Positions 8,845 to 16,994 of a stretch of 64,000 bases of DNA are shown here, one piece after another. Where the stretch lies: positions 11,733 through 75,732 of the forward strand of contig DASRYH010000019.1 in NCBI GenBank assembly GCA_035687245.1, given 5' to 3'. The stretch is from Coriobacteriia bacterium. Lineage in GTDB: Bacteria; Actinomycetota; Coriobacteriia; Anaerosomatales; PHET01. Both the position numbers and the translations under genes were made by a program. The stretch's first letter is position 1. Every line of letters starts with the position of its first letter. A model generated the notes under the pieces. That model had not been told where the DNA came from. It saw nothing but the letters and a program-made list of their open reading frames with translations, and searched no databases.

Positions 8845-9908
8845 CCCAGATCCACTTCCGAGTTGTCTCCGATCATGACCTGCGCTGCGACGCGCACGTT
8901 GGGTACGCGGCGAACCACGGCGTTGACGCCGAGCAGAGAGTCGGCGAGGCGCACTTGCAGGTCTTCGATGCGCGAGGACTGAAGCAGGATCGAGTGCTCG
9001 ACCTCGCTGCCGCTCACCACGCAGTCGCTACCAACGGAGGTATAGGGTCCGATATAGGCGTTCTTGATCTCGCAACGGTCGCCGATCACCGTCGGGCCGC
9101 AGATGATCGAGTTCTCGATCTTAACGTCGGTGCCGATACTAACGCGTCCACGCAGCGCCGAATCGTGGCCGACCGGGCTGAACTGCTCGGGAACCATCAG
9201 GTCGAGCACGACCCGGTTTGCTTCAAGGATGTCGTCGAGCTTGCCGGTGTCTTTCCACCATCCACCGATCACGTGGGAGCGGACCGTGCGCCCGTTGTCG
9301 ATGAGCCACTGGATCGCGTCGGTGATCTCAAGCTCGCCGCGTGGGGAGGGCTCGATAGCGTTCACCGCATCGAAGACCTGGGAGTCAAAGAGGTAGACGC
9401 CCACCAGTGCCAAGTCACTCGGAGGATTCTCGGGCTTCTCTACGAGGTGGATGATGCTGCCGTTCTCGTCGACTTCGGCGACGCCGAACTGCGATGCGTT
9501 CTCCACCTGCGCGAGCAAGATCTGCGCGTCACAGCCACCGGCCCGGAACTCATCGACGAAGTGCGTGATGCCACCCGCGATGAGGTTGTCGCCCAGGTAC
9601 ATCACGAACGGTTCGCCGGCCATGAAGTCTTCAGCGATCTTCACGGCGTGGGCGAGGCCAAGCGGGGCGTCCTGCGGGATGTAGGTGATCTCGACACCCC
9701 AGCGCGAGCCGTCGCCAAGCGCGGCTTCGACCTCTTCGGCAGTGTCGCCGACGATCACACCGATCTCGGTGATCCCTGCGTCGCGGATCGCCTCGATGCC
9801 GTAGAACAGGATGGGCTTGTTGGCAACAGGAACGAGCTGCTTAGCACGGGTGAATGTGATCGGCCGCAGCCTTGTGCCCTTGCCGCCGGCGAGTACAAGC
9901 GCCTTCAT
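8841..9908 (-). CDS. rmlA: glucose-1-phosphate thymidylyltransferase, long form with C-terminal left-handed beta-helix
   Basis: ORF 8841..10010 trimmed to the ATG at 9908 (MKALVLAGGKGTRLRPITFTRAKQLVPVANKPILFYGIE). The C-terminal third has hexapeptide-repeat character. Confidence 0.8.
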   Translation of the reverse strand: MKALVLAGGKGTRLRPITFTRAKQLVPVANKPILFYGIEAIRDAGITEIGVIVGDTAEEVEAALGDGSRWGVEITYIPQDAPLGLAHAVKIAEDFMAGEPFVMYLGDNLIAGGITHFVDEFRAGGCDAQILLAQVENASQFGVAEVDENGSIIHLVEKPENPPSDLALVGVYLFDSQVFDAVNAIEPSPRGELEITDAIQWLIDNGRTVRSHVIGGWWKDTGKLDDILEANRVVLDLMVPEQFSPVGHDSALRGRVSIGTDVKIENSIICGPTVIGDRCEIKNAYIGPYTSVGSDCVVSGSEVEHSILLQSSRIEDLQVRLADSLLGVNAVVRRVPNVRVAAQVMIGDNSEVDLG

Positions 9909-9978
9909 CGTGGAAAGATCCTCCCCGCGTACGAACAGTCCGTGCGTCAGGTTATCAGAAGCGCCGCGGCCCGGCGGG

Positions 9979-10938
9979 TCAGGGTCGGAGAAGCGACACG
10001 AGCCCGTCATGCAAGGCGACGCACGGCCGCCAGCCGAGCACCCGCTCGGCCAGACCGACGTCGAAGTAGAAGTCGCCTGTCTCCACGAGGCGGGCGTCCT
10101 CGGGCCATTCGACGCCAGCGACGACGCGACCGGAGCCGCACAGCTCCACCACCGTCTCGGCAGCTTCGCGAAGCGAGGTCCCGACGCCCGAGCCGATGTT
10201 GAACGCGAGGCCTGCTGCCTCAGGAACGAGCGAGGCGGCCAGCGCGGCGCTCACGACGTCATCGACGTGGATGAAGTCGCGCAGCTGCTCGCCGTCGCCG
10301 AATAGCTGAATAGCATCGTCGCGCTTCGCGAGATCGACGAAGAAGTTGAGAACGCCGTAACCGGTGCTTGCCGGTCCGCCGAGTGCGTGGGGACCGTAGG
10401 GGTTCGACAGGCGTAGCACGGTCGCGTGCAACCCGTGCCGAGCGGCGTACAGCGAGTAGTAGTGCGAGCACAGCGCCTTGTGGAAGGCGTAGGGGTTTCC
10501 TGGACGCAGAGGGTGGGTCTCGTCGACGGGCAGGTGATCGGCGGTCCCGTATTCGAGCCGGGAGCCGGCCAACACCACCGACGCCTTTGGCGCCACCGCG
10601 CGCATCGTTTCGAGAAGCATGAGCTGAGCGCGAGCGCTTGTCTCCAGATCGCGGACAGGGTCGGCCAGCGAACGCGTCGGGCCAAGACCGCCCGCGAAGC
10701 AGAAGAGGTGGCTGGCGCCTTCGACCACAGCCCGCACCGATTCGGCATCGGTGATGTCACCTTGGACCTGGGTCGCGCCGACAGCGACCTCGCCATCGCT
10801 GAAGTCGAACGCGACCACGTCGGCGCCGAGCGCAACGAGCGCCTTGGTCGTGTGCGAACCCATGAAGCCGCACGCGCCGAAGACGACGCAGCGCGCACCC
10901 GCGAACCGCTCGAACGTTGTTGCGACGGCGTCTGCCAC
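9979..10938 (-). CDS. NAD-dependent epimerase/dehydratase-family protein (possible dTDP-4-keto-6-deoxyhexose reductase or epimerase)
   Basis: ORF 9979..11046 trimmed to the GTG at 10938, directly after the upstream GT2 stop. Shows VVFGACGFMGSH (GxxGxxG) and YAFHKAL (YxxxK). The specific activity cannot be resolved by eye. Confidence 0.7.
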   Translation of the reverse strand: MADAVATTFERFAGARCVVFGACGFMGSHTTKALVALGADVVAFDFSDGEVAVGATQVQGDITDAESVRAVVEGASHLFCFAGGLGPTRSLADPVRDLETSARAQLMLLETMRAVAPKASVVLAGSRLEYGTADHLPVDETHPLRPGNPYAFHKALCSHYYSLYAARHGLHATVLRLSNPYGPHALGGPASTGYGVLNFFVDLAKRDDAIQLFGDGEQLRDFIHVDDVVSAALAASLVPEAAGLAFNIGSGVGTSLREAAETVVELCGSGRVVAGVEWPEDARLVETGDFYFDVGLAERVLGWRPCVALHDGLVSLLRP

Positions 10939-10939
10939 G

Positions 10940-11995
10940 CTACGCGCGTCCGATGGGATCGAAGTCCTCGGACAGGTTGTGGGTCTCGGAGACGAGGTAG
11001 AGCGGGCGACGCTTCGTCTCGTAGAAGATGCGCGATAGATACGCACCCAGCAGGCCTATGGACATGAGCTGTACTCCGCCGAGGAACATCACGATGACGA
11101 CCACGGAGGTCCAACCCTCGAGCAGCGTCGCCGGATTCATCAGCTTCTCGGTGACGAGCGCCGCCGAATAGATGAACGCGAGGAGTGTGACGAGCGCTCC
11201 GAAGCGGCCTGCGAGCACGAGGGGCTTGCTCGAGAAGCTCACGATCCCGTCGTAAGCGAGCCCCAGCAGGCGCTTGAGGTTGTAGTTGCTGCGACCCGAA
11301 TGGCGCGGGTCGCGAGAGTAGGGAAGCGGGGTCTGCCGAAAGCCCGTCCAGGCCACCATACCGCGCACGTAGCGGCTCTCCTCCCGCATCGAGCGCAGGG
11401 CGTTGGCGGCGCGCCGGTCCATCAGGCGGAAGTCCCCCGTATCCAAAGGCAGCGGTGTGTCGCTCAGCCACGAGAGGAAGCGGTAGAAGACCGAGGCGGA
11501 CGCGCGCTTGAACGAGCCTTCGCCCTTTCGCTCCGTCCGCTGCCCGTAGACCACCTCGTAGCCCTCGCGCCACAACGCCACCATCTCGGCGATCACTTCG
11601 GGCGGGTCTTGGAGATCGTCGTCGATGACAACGACGGCGTCGCCGGTCGCGGCATCGAGGCCAGCCGAGATCGCGACCTGATGGCCGAAGTTGCGCGAGA
11701 GCGAGATGACCTTGACCTTGGGGTCTGCCGAGGCGAGTGAGCGCAGCACGTAGAGGGCGCCGTCGGGGCTTCCGTCGTTGACGAAGACGATCTCGTAGTC
11801 CAGATCGGGAAGGGCCGACAGAATGCCTGACAGTCGTTCGTAGGTGTGCGGGAGTATCTGCTCGCTCCCGTAGACGGGGACGATGACAGATACAAGCCCG
11901 CTATGACCTTCGATGGGACTCACGCAAGATCCCCCAAGTGGTGCAACGGCGGCCCGATACGGTCTCGAACCTCGCACTTTCGGCGAGCAGAACAT
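10940..11995 (-). CDS. GT2 polyprenyl-phosphate glycosyltransferase (GtrB/ArnC-like), second copy
   Basis: VSVIVPVYGSEQIL, FVNDGSPDG, VVVIDDDLQDPPEVI and two C-terminal TM helices are present. Start is uncertain: ATG 11995 or in-frame GTG 11923. Confidence 0.85.
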   Translation of the reverse strand: MFCSPKVRGSRPYRAAVAPLGGSCVSPIEGHSGLVSVIVPVYGSEQILPHTYERLSGILSALPDLDYEIVFVNDGSPDGALYVLRSLASADPKVKVISLSRNFGHQVAISAGLDAATGDAVVVIDDDLQDPPEVIAEMVALWREGYEVVYGQRTERKGEGSFKRASASVFYRFLSWLSDTPLPLDTGDFRLMDRRAANALRSMREESRYVRGMVAWTGFRQTPLPYSRDPRHSGRSNYNLKRLLGLAYDGIVSFSSKPLVLAGRFGALVTLLAFIYSAALVTEKLMNPATLLEGWTSVVVIVMFLGGVQLMSIGLLGAYLSRIFYETKRRPLYLVSETHNLSEDFDPIGRA

Positions 11996-12161
11996 ACCAC
12001 AGACCGGCTTGCTGGTGAGGTACGCCGAAGCGCACGGAAACGGCTTCTATACAGGTCTTTCACGGCCGCTGAGGGTGCGGGCACGCATGCTACACTGCCG
12101 TTGCCTGAGGCCGGCGGGGACGGCCATTCAGCTCGGGGCAGCTATCGACATCTCGGAGACC

Positions 12162-14045
12162 ATGAAAGACAGACGCATCAGCATCGTAGCGGTGTGTACG
12201 TACCTGGGCGTGTTCGTGGCGCCGTGGTTCGTTCCGATGCGCAGTGCCGCGATCGTCTCCGACTCGCTTGCGGCGGGCTTCAGCAACCGGACGTCCGTCG
12301 TCGCGCTGCTGCTTGGGTGCATCGCGCTGTTCGCGCTGGCGCTGCGTCAGGCCCTGGCCAAGACCGACGCCGAGGAAGACGAGGCAGCGCTCGTTTCCGC
12401 GCAGTCGCCCTCAAGCGAAGATCGCCTCAGCCCGTGGGTAGTTGTATGCGGCATCGTCGCGACCTTCGCGATAGTAGGCATCGGTGCGGTGCTGCTGGGC
12501 AACCAGCCGCACGGCGACGCCGCCTACTTCTGCGACCGGCTCTTCCGAATGGTCGCCGGTGAGCGGCCCTACGTCGACTTCGAGTTTTCGTATGGACCCG
12601 TGCTCATCTATGGCCCGTGGGGCGTTTACAGAGTCCTCGGCAGCCGGCTGGGGCTGGGCATCTATGCGTCCTACTACTTGTGGGTCGGCTTCGCCTACTC
12701 AGTCGCCCTGCTGCTAGTCGCCTACATCGTCAACCGGGTGAGCCTAACGCGCGTGCAGCGTACGGCGGCGTTCGTACTCATCGCCGCGATGACGGTGTTT
12801 AACCCCACCTTGGGCGTCAACTACAGCGCACTGCGCTTCATGATTCCCTACGCCCTGTTCCTGTGGGCACTCGGTTGTGTGCAGGGTTCGCGCAACGCGG
12901 TCTTGCGGTGGGTCGCGCCGCTGGCAGCGATGGGGCTCGCGTTCGTGGTGACCCCGGAGATGGGCATAGCGCTGCTGATCGCACTGGGCATCGCGCTCGC
13001 GCTGCTCGTCTACCGGCAGCCGAAGGCCAACGCAGGCCCCCTCATCGTGCTGGTGGCAGGCATCGCGTGCTATGTGATCGTCTTGAGGTTGTCGGGCAGC
13101 GGCACGATGGGTGCGCTCGCTGCAGGTGCGTTCTACCTCCCGGTCTTGCCGGGTCCTTCGGCAGTCCTGTTCGTCGCGAGCGCGCTACTCGTCGGCTGGG
13201 GAGTGGGGACGGCGCTGCCCGCGTCATCACACGAGGACCAGGCGACCCAGCTCGGTTGGCTGGCGCTCGTGGCGATTCTTGCGGTGCCCGCGTTTGGTCG
13301 CGCCGACTTCATGCACATCTTCTGGAACGGCATCGGCGTCGTCCTCGTAGCCGCTGCCGTGGCCGGTCGCCGCTGGCGCCTGGGGACTGCCTACATAGGC
13401 GTTGCCGCAGCTGTCTTCCTCGTCGCGATGAGTATCTTCTCTTTGCGCTACTCCTCGACGCCCTACGTCACTGGCGTGAAGCGCCTGCTCTACGGGTCCG
13501 AAGCGAGGGCGGTGCGCGTGTCTGAGCTGCGCGGGAAGCCGGTGAAGGCTGGGTTGAAGCTGCACCGCAGTCTCGCCGACCAGGATCGCAAGCAGGAGAC
13601 GGCCGCCAAGCGACTCTCCGACATCCCGAACGTCGCGTTCTTGGCGGTTCTGTGGAATCGCCCGGGCATGCGCATTTCAAAGTCGGGGAACACCGTTCCT
13701 GTCTACAGTTTCCCGGGCAACGCGCTTACGAGTACCGAGTTCGAGGCGTCAGTCGCCGAGCTCGATGCCGCGAAGAACCTCGTAGTTCCCACGCGCGAGT
13801 ACGTCGCGTATGAGGCCGCTGCGAAGCGGGCACGGAGTAATGGTGCGGTCGCAGGCGATATCGTCATGAAGATGCCGAACAAGGTCGGCACTCCCAGCTG
13901 GTACGGGCTGCTGCAGGGTGTTCCGGTGCAGCTACAAGGCCGCAACGAGGTCTTCGACCCGGTCGCATCGTTCGGACTCGTGATGGATCGTGACTGGATC
14001 GCCTACGACACCATCGAGGGTCACACCTGGCTGAAGAGGCGCTGA
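12162..14045 (+). CDS. large polytopic membrane protein, putative GT-C (GT87/DUF2029-like) glycosyltransferase, tandem paralog A
   Basis: ORF 11913..14045 trimmed to the ATG at 12162 (GGAGAC RBS). The loop motif HGDAAYFCDRLFRMVAGERPYVDFEFSYGPVLIY resembles the GT87-type first loop. More than 12 TM helices, FGRADFMHIFWNG, and a soluble C-terminal domain of about 190 aa. Confidence 0.7.
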   Translation: MKDRRISIVAVCTYLGVFVAPWFVPMRSAAIVSDSLAAGFSNRTSVVALLLGCIALFALALRQALAKTDAEEDEAALVSAQSPSSEDRLSPWVVVCGIVATFAIVGIGAVLLGNQPHGDAAYFCDRLFRMVAGERPYVDFEFSYGPVLIYGPWGVYRVLGSRLGLGIYASYYLWVGFAYSVALLLVAYIVNRVSLTRVQRTAAFVLIAAMTVFNPTLGVNYSALRFMIPYALFLWALGCVQGSRNAVLRWVAPLAAMGLAFVVTPEMGIALLIALGIALALLVYRQPKANAGPLIVLVAGIACYVIVLRLSGSGTMGALAAGAFYLPVLPGPSAVLFVASALLVGWGVGTALPASSHEDQATQLGWLALVAILAVPAFGRADFMHIFWNGIGVVLVAAAVAGRRWRLGTAYIGVAAAVFLVAMSIFSLRYSSTPYVTGVKRLLYGSEARAVRVSELRGKPVKAGLKLHRSLADQDRKQETAAKRLSDIPNVAFLAVLWNRPGMRISKSGNTVPVYSFPGNALTSTEFEASVAELDAAKNLVVPTREYVAYEAAAKRARSNGAVAGDIVMKMPNKVGTPSWYGLLQGVPVQLQGRNEVFDPVASFGLVMDRDWIAYDTIEGHTWLKRR

Positions 14046-14049
14046 GGGT

Positions 14050-15948
14050 TTGAACGAGCACGTCGCCATCGGATTCGTTCGGCGACACCGCCACGTGTTG
14101 GCCGCGGCGACGGGCGTCGTCGCTGTGCTCTGCATCTTCGGGCTTCCGTGGCTCGTGCCATCGCAACACGCAGCGATCCTCTCCGATGCGCTCGCGTCGG
14201 GCTTCAACAACCGCGTCGCGGTGCTCGCGCTCATAGGCGCGGCATGCGCGATGTTCGCCTTGGGCGCAGTTGCCTTCGGCGAACCAGCCGCGCAGGGTCG
14301 AAGGGTGATCGGCATCGGTGCCGCTCCTGAGGGCGAACGGGTCAGCCGTCGCGTGCTCGTCGTGGCGATGGTGGCGACAGTTGCCCTGGTCGCCATTCAA
14401 GCGTGGGTAATGCGGGATCAGCCTCACGGAGACTCGGCGTACTTCATCGACCGCATCCTGCGGCTCTCCGCAGGGCAGCGGCCGTTCTCGGAGTTCGAGT
14501 TCTCCTACGGGCCGCTCATGCTCTACGCGCCGTGGGCGATCTTCCGGGTACTCAACGCCGCGTTCGGCACGAGTGCGTTCTTCGCCTACTACGTGTGTGT
14601 CGCCGCCGCTTACACGGCCGGTCTCGGACTCGTTGCGTTTACCGTGAACCGGCTCGAGATGACGCGGACCCAGCGACATGCAGCACTCACGGTCGTTGCT
14701 GTGATGACGTTGCTGCATCCGGTGATGGGCATCAACTACTGCGCGCTTCGGTTCTTCGCACCCCTTGCGGCATTCATCTGGGGGCTCGAGCGCCTTCAGG
14801 TGGACCGCGGCCTCAGCGCCGGTTGGTTGGCTGCGCCGGCCGCGGTCACGGCAGTGCTCCTGTTCTCGCCCGAGATGGGCGTCGCAACGATGGTGGCGAC
14901 GGGTTTCGCGCTCGCGTCACTCGTTGCCGTCGACCGACGACGGTTCTTGCCGCCCCTCACGGTGCTCGTAGGGTGGTCCGTAGCGTTGATCTGGCTACTC
15001 GTCTCCACTTCCGGTGGCGCGCTCGGAGCGTTTGCGGCGGGCTCCTACTACTTCCCGGTGCTCCCCGGCATTCCGGCGCTGCTCTACGTAGCGAGCGCGC
15101 TGCTTGCAGCATGGGGAATAGGCGCCGTGCTTCCTGGTTCCGAGCCCTTCGATCGCTCGGTGCAGATGGGCTGGCTAGCCCTGCTCGCGATACTGGTGGT
15201 TCCCGCCTTCGGCAGGGCGGACTTCATGCATATCTTCTGGAACGGCGCGGGCGTCCTTCTCACCGCGTCCGCGGTGGCCTCGCGCCGATGGCGTGTCGGG
15301 TTCGGATACGTCATGGGCGTGGCTGCCGTGTTCGGCGTGGTGCTGGCGGCCTACACCTACAACTTCTCGTACCCGACGCTTGCCAACGCGACGGTGGCCG
15401 CATTCCACTCCTCAGAGTCAGGTGCGAGGACGCTGGCCCGTCTGGGGGTTGAGCCGATGGAGATCGCCATGGGGCGTCATCGAGCGGTGCTCGCCGAAAG
15501 GAAGCGGCAGCTGGCCGAAGCAGCTCAGCTCACGAAGATCCCGAATATGGCGTTTCTAGCGCACCTGTGGGGGCCGGTGGGACCGGCAGTGGTGAGCTCG
15601 GGCAACCTGAGTCCGGCCTACTGGTCGTCGTGGGGGCCGATGCGTGAGCAAGAGGTCGTCACGCTGAAAGCGCAGCTGGCGTCGGCGACGAACCTCGTGA
15701 TTCCCGCCGACGTCTACGAGGCGAGCCTGAGTGCGGCGAAGGGCGCCGAGCCGCGACCGAGCGGAGCGGTGGTATCTGTGCCAGGCATCGCAAGCTCGTC
15801 GGCGTGGAACGCGATCCTCCAGAGCTGCCCCGTGATCATCCACGGCAAGAACCCAGTGCTGGATCCGACTGCCACCTGGGGCGTTCTACTCCGTGACTGG
15901 CGCCCATACCGCTACATCGGTGGCTACGTCTGGCTCGTGCGCAGGTAG
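14050..15948 (+). CDS. large polytopic membrane protein, putative GT-C (GT87/DUF2029-like) glycosyltransferase, tandem paralog B
   Basis: TTG start 4 nt after the paralog A stop. Collinear with paralog A (HGDSAYFIDRILRLSAGQRPFSEFEFSYGPLMLY; FGRADFMHIFWNG; RR C-terminus). Confidence 0.7.
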   Translation: MNEHVAIGFVRRHRHVLAAATGVVAVLCIFGLPWLVPSQHAAILSDALASGFNNRVAVLALIGAACAMFALGAVAFGEPAAQGRRVIGIGAAPEGERVSRRVLVVAMVATVALVAIQAWVMRDQPHGDSAYFIDRILRLSAGQRPFSEFEFSYGPLMLYAPWAIFRVLNAAFGTSAFFAYYVCVAAAYTAGLGLVAFTVNRLEMTRTQRHAALTVVAVMTLLHPVMGINYCALRFFAPLAAFIWGLERLQVDRGLSAGWLAAPAAVTAVLLFSPEMGVATMVATGFALASLVAVDRRRFLPPLTVLVGWSVALIWLLVSTSGGALGAFAAGSYYFPVLPGIPALLYVASALLAAWGIGAVLPGSEPFDRSVQMGWLALLAILVVPAFGRADFMHIFWNGAGVLLTASAVASRRWRVGFGYVMGVAAVFGVVLAAYTYNFSYPTLANATVAAFHSSESGARTLARLGVEPMEIAMGRHRAVLAERKRQLAEAAQLTKIPNMAFLAHLWGPVGPAVVSSGNLSPAYWSSWGPMREQEVVTLKAQLASATNLVIPADVYEASLSAAKGAEPRPSGAVVSVPGIASSSAWNAILQSCPVIIHGKNPVLDPTATWGVLLRDWRPYRYIGGYVWLVRR

Positions 15949-15953
15949 GCCGT

Positions 15954-16994
15954 CTAGGCCACGAGCATGCGGGTGAAGCGGTTGCTGCGTAGCGCAATCG
16001 TGGCAGCCGTAGCCATCACGAAGCAGAAGAGCCAGGCCGAAGCGATCCACGCAGCGTCCGGCATGGCAGTCAATGGCACCTTGCTCTGGAACAGATCGAG
16101 CCAGATGACGTGCGTCAGATAGATGCCGATCAGGAAGTTGCCGCCCCACGCGAGCTTGTCGGCACCCCACCACGAGAACTCAGCAGCCGCGCCCCAAAGC
16201 AGCACACCAACGGTCGTAGCCCACATGAGCGTGGATGCCGACGTGGCAAGCCAGGGCGGCAGAACGGCACCGTAGATGCGTAGGGCGCCAGCTCCCAGGA
16301 TCGACAGCGGCACCAGCAGCTGGATGGGCACTGGCGGCCGCTTCATCCGCCCAGCGGCGCGAAACTCCATGCCGGCGAGGTAGGCGGCAAACCAGCGTGG
16401 CGCGTACCAGAAGTTCTGGATGCCGAAGGTGGTGGTGAGCGCCTGCAGCCGCGGGCTCCAGTCGAGCGCGCACAGCAGCACGACGCACACAACGAGCAGA
16501 ATGCGTCGCCACAGAGGAGTACGCGCGCCGACCTCTGCCGCCACTGCACAGTAGAACAGCACCGGCAGTGTCCACATGATTCCGTGGGCGCCAGAGAAGA
16601 AGACCAAGCGGTAGATGTTGGGCAGCACCAGATTGCCGCGTGCAAGCGCGGCGGGTTGCTGAATGAACAGATAGACCAGACTGAAGAAGGCGTAGGGAAT
16701 CGCGAGGCGCACGAACCGCTTCTTGAGCCACGCGGCTCCCCTCGTGCCGGTGGCACCGTGGAGATAGCCAGCGACTGCGAAGAAGAAGACGAGCGCCCAC
16801 ACCATCGCCGAGACCAAGAAGTTCCCTAGCGGTGTACCAGTGCGCGCGGCGACGTGATGCAGGACGATCGAGCACGCTGCAAAGTACTTGAGGCCATCAA
16901 GCGCCAGGTTGCGCTTCTTGGGAGCAGCCGGGTTCGCGTCACCCGATGGGATCGCGGCCTGTGCTTCGGCGGAGATGCCCGGAACGCTACTCAC
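15954..16994 (-). CDS. acyltransferase family 3 (integral-membrane O-acyltransferase), second copy
   Basis: LALDGLKYFAACSIVLHHV AT3 N-terminal motif and about 10 TM helices. The start overlaps the upstream ThDP enzyme stop by 8 nt. Confidence 0.85.
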   Translation of the reverse strand: MSSVPGISAEAQAAIPSGDANPAAPKKRNLALDGLKYFAACSIVLHHVAARTGTPLGNFLVSAMVWALVFFFAVAGYLHGATGTRGAAWLKKRFVRLAIPYAFFSLVYLFIQQPAALARGNLVLPNIYRLVFFSGAHGIMWTLPVLFYCAVAAEVGARTPLWRRILLVVCVVLLCALDWSPRLQALTTTFGIQNFWYAPRWFAAYLAGMEFRAAGRMKRPPVPIQLLVPLSILGAGALRIYGAVLPPWLATSASTLMWATTVGVLLWGAAAEFSWWGADKLAWGGNFLIGIYLTHVIWLDLFQSKVPLTAMPDAAWIASAWLFCFVMATAATIALRSNRFTRMLVA

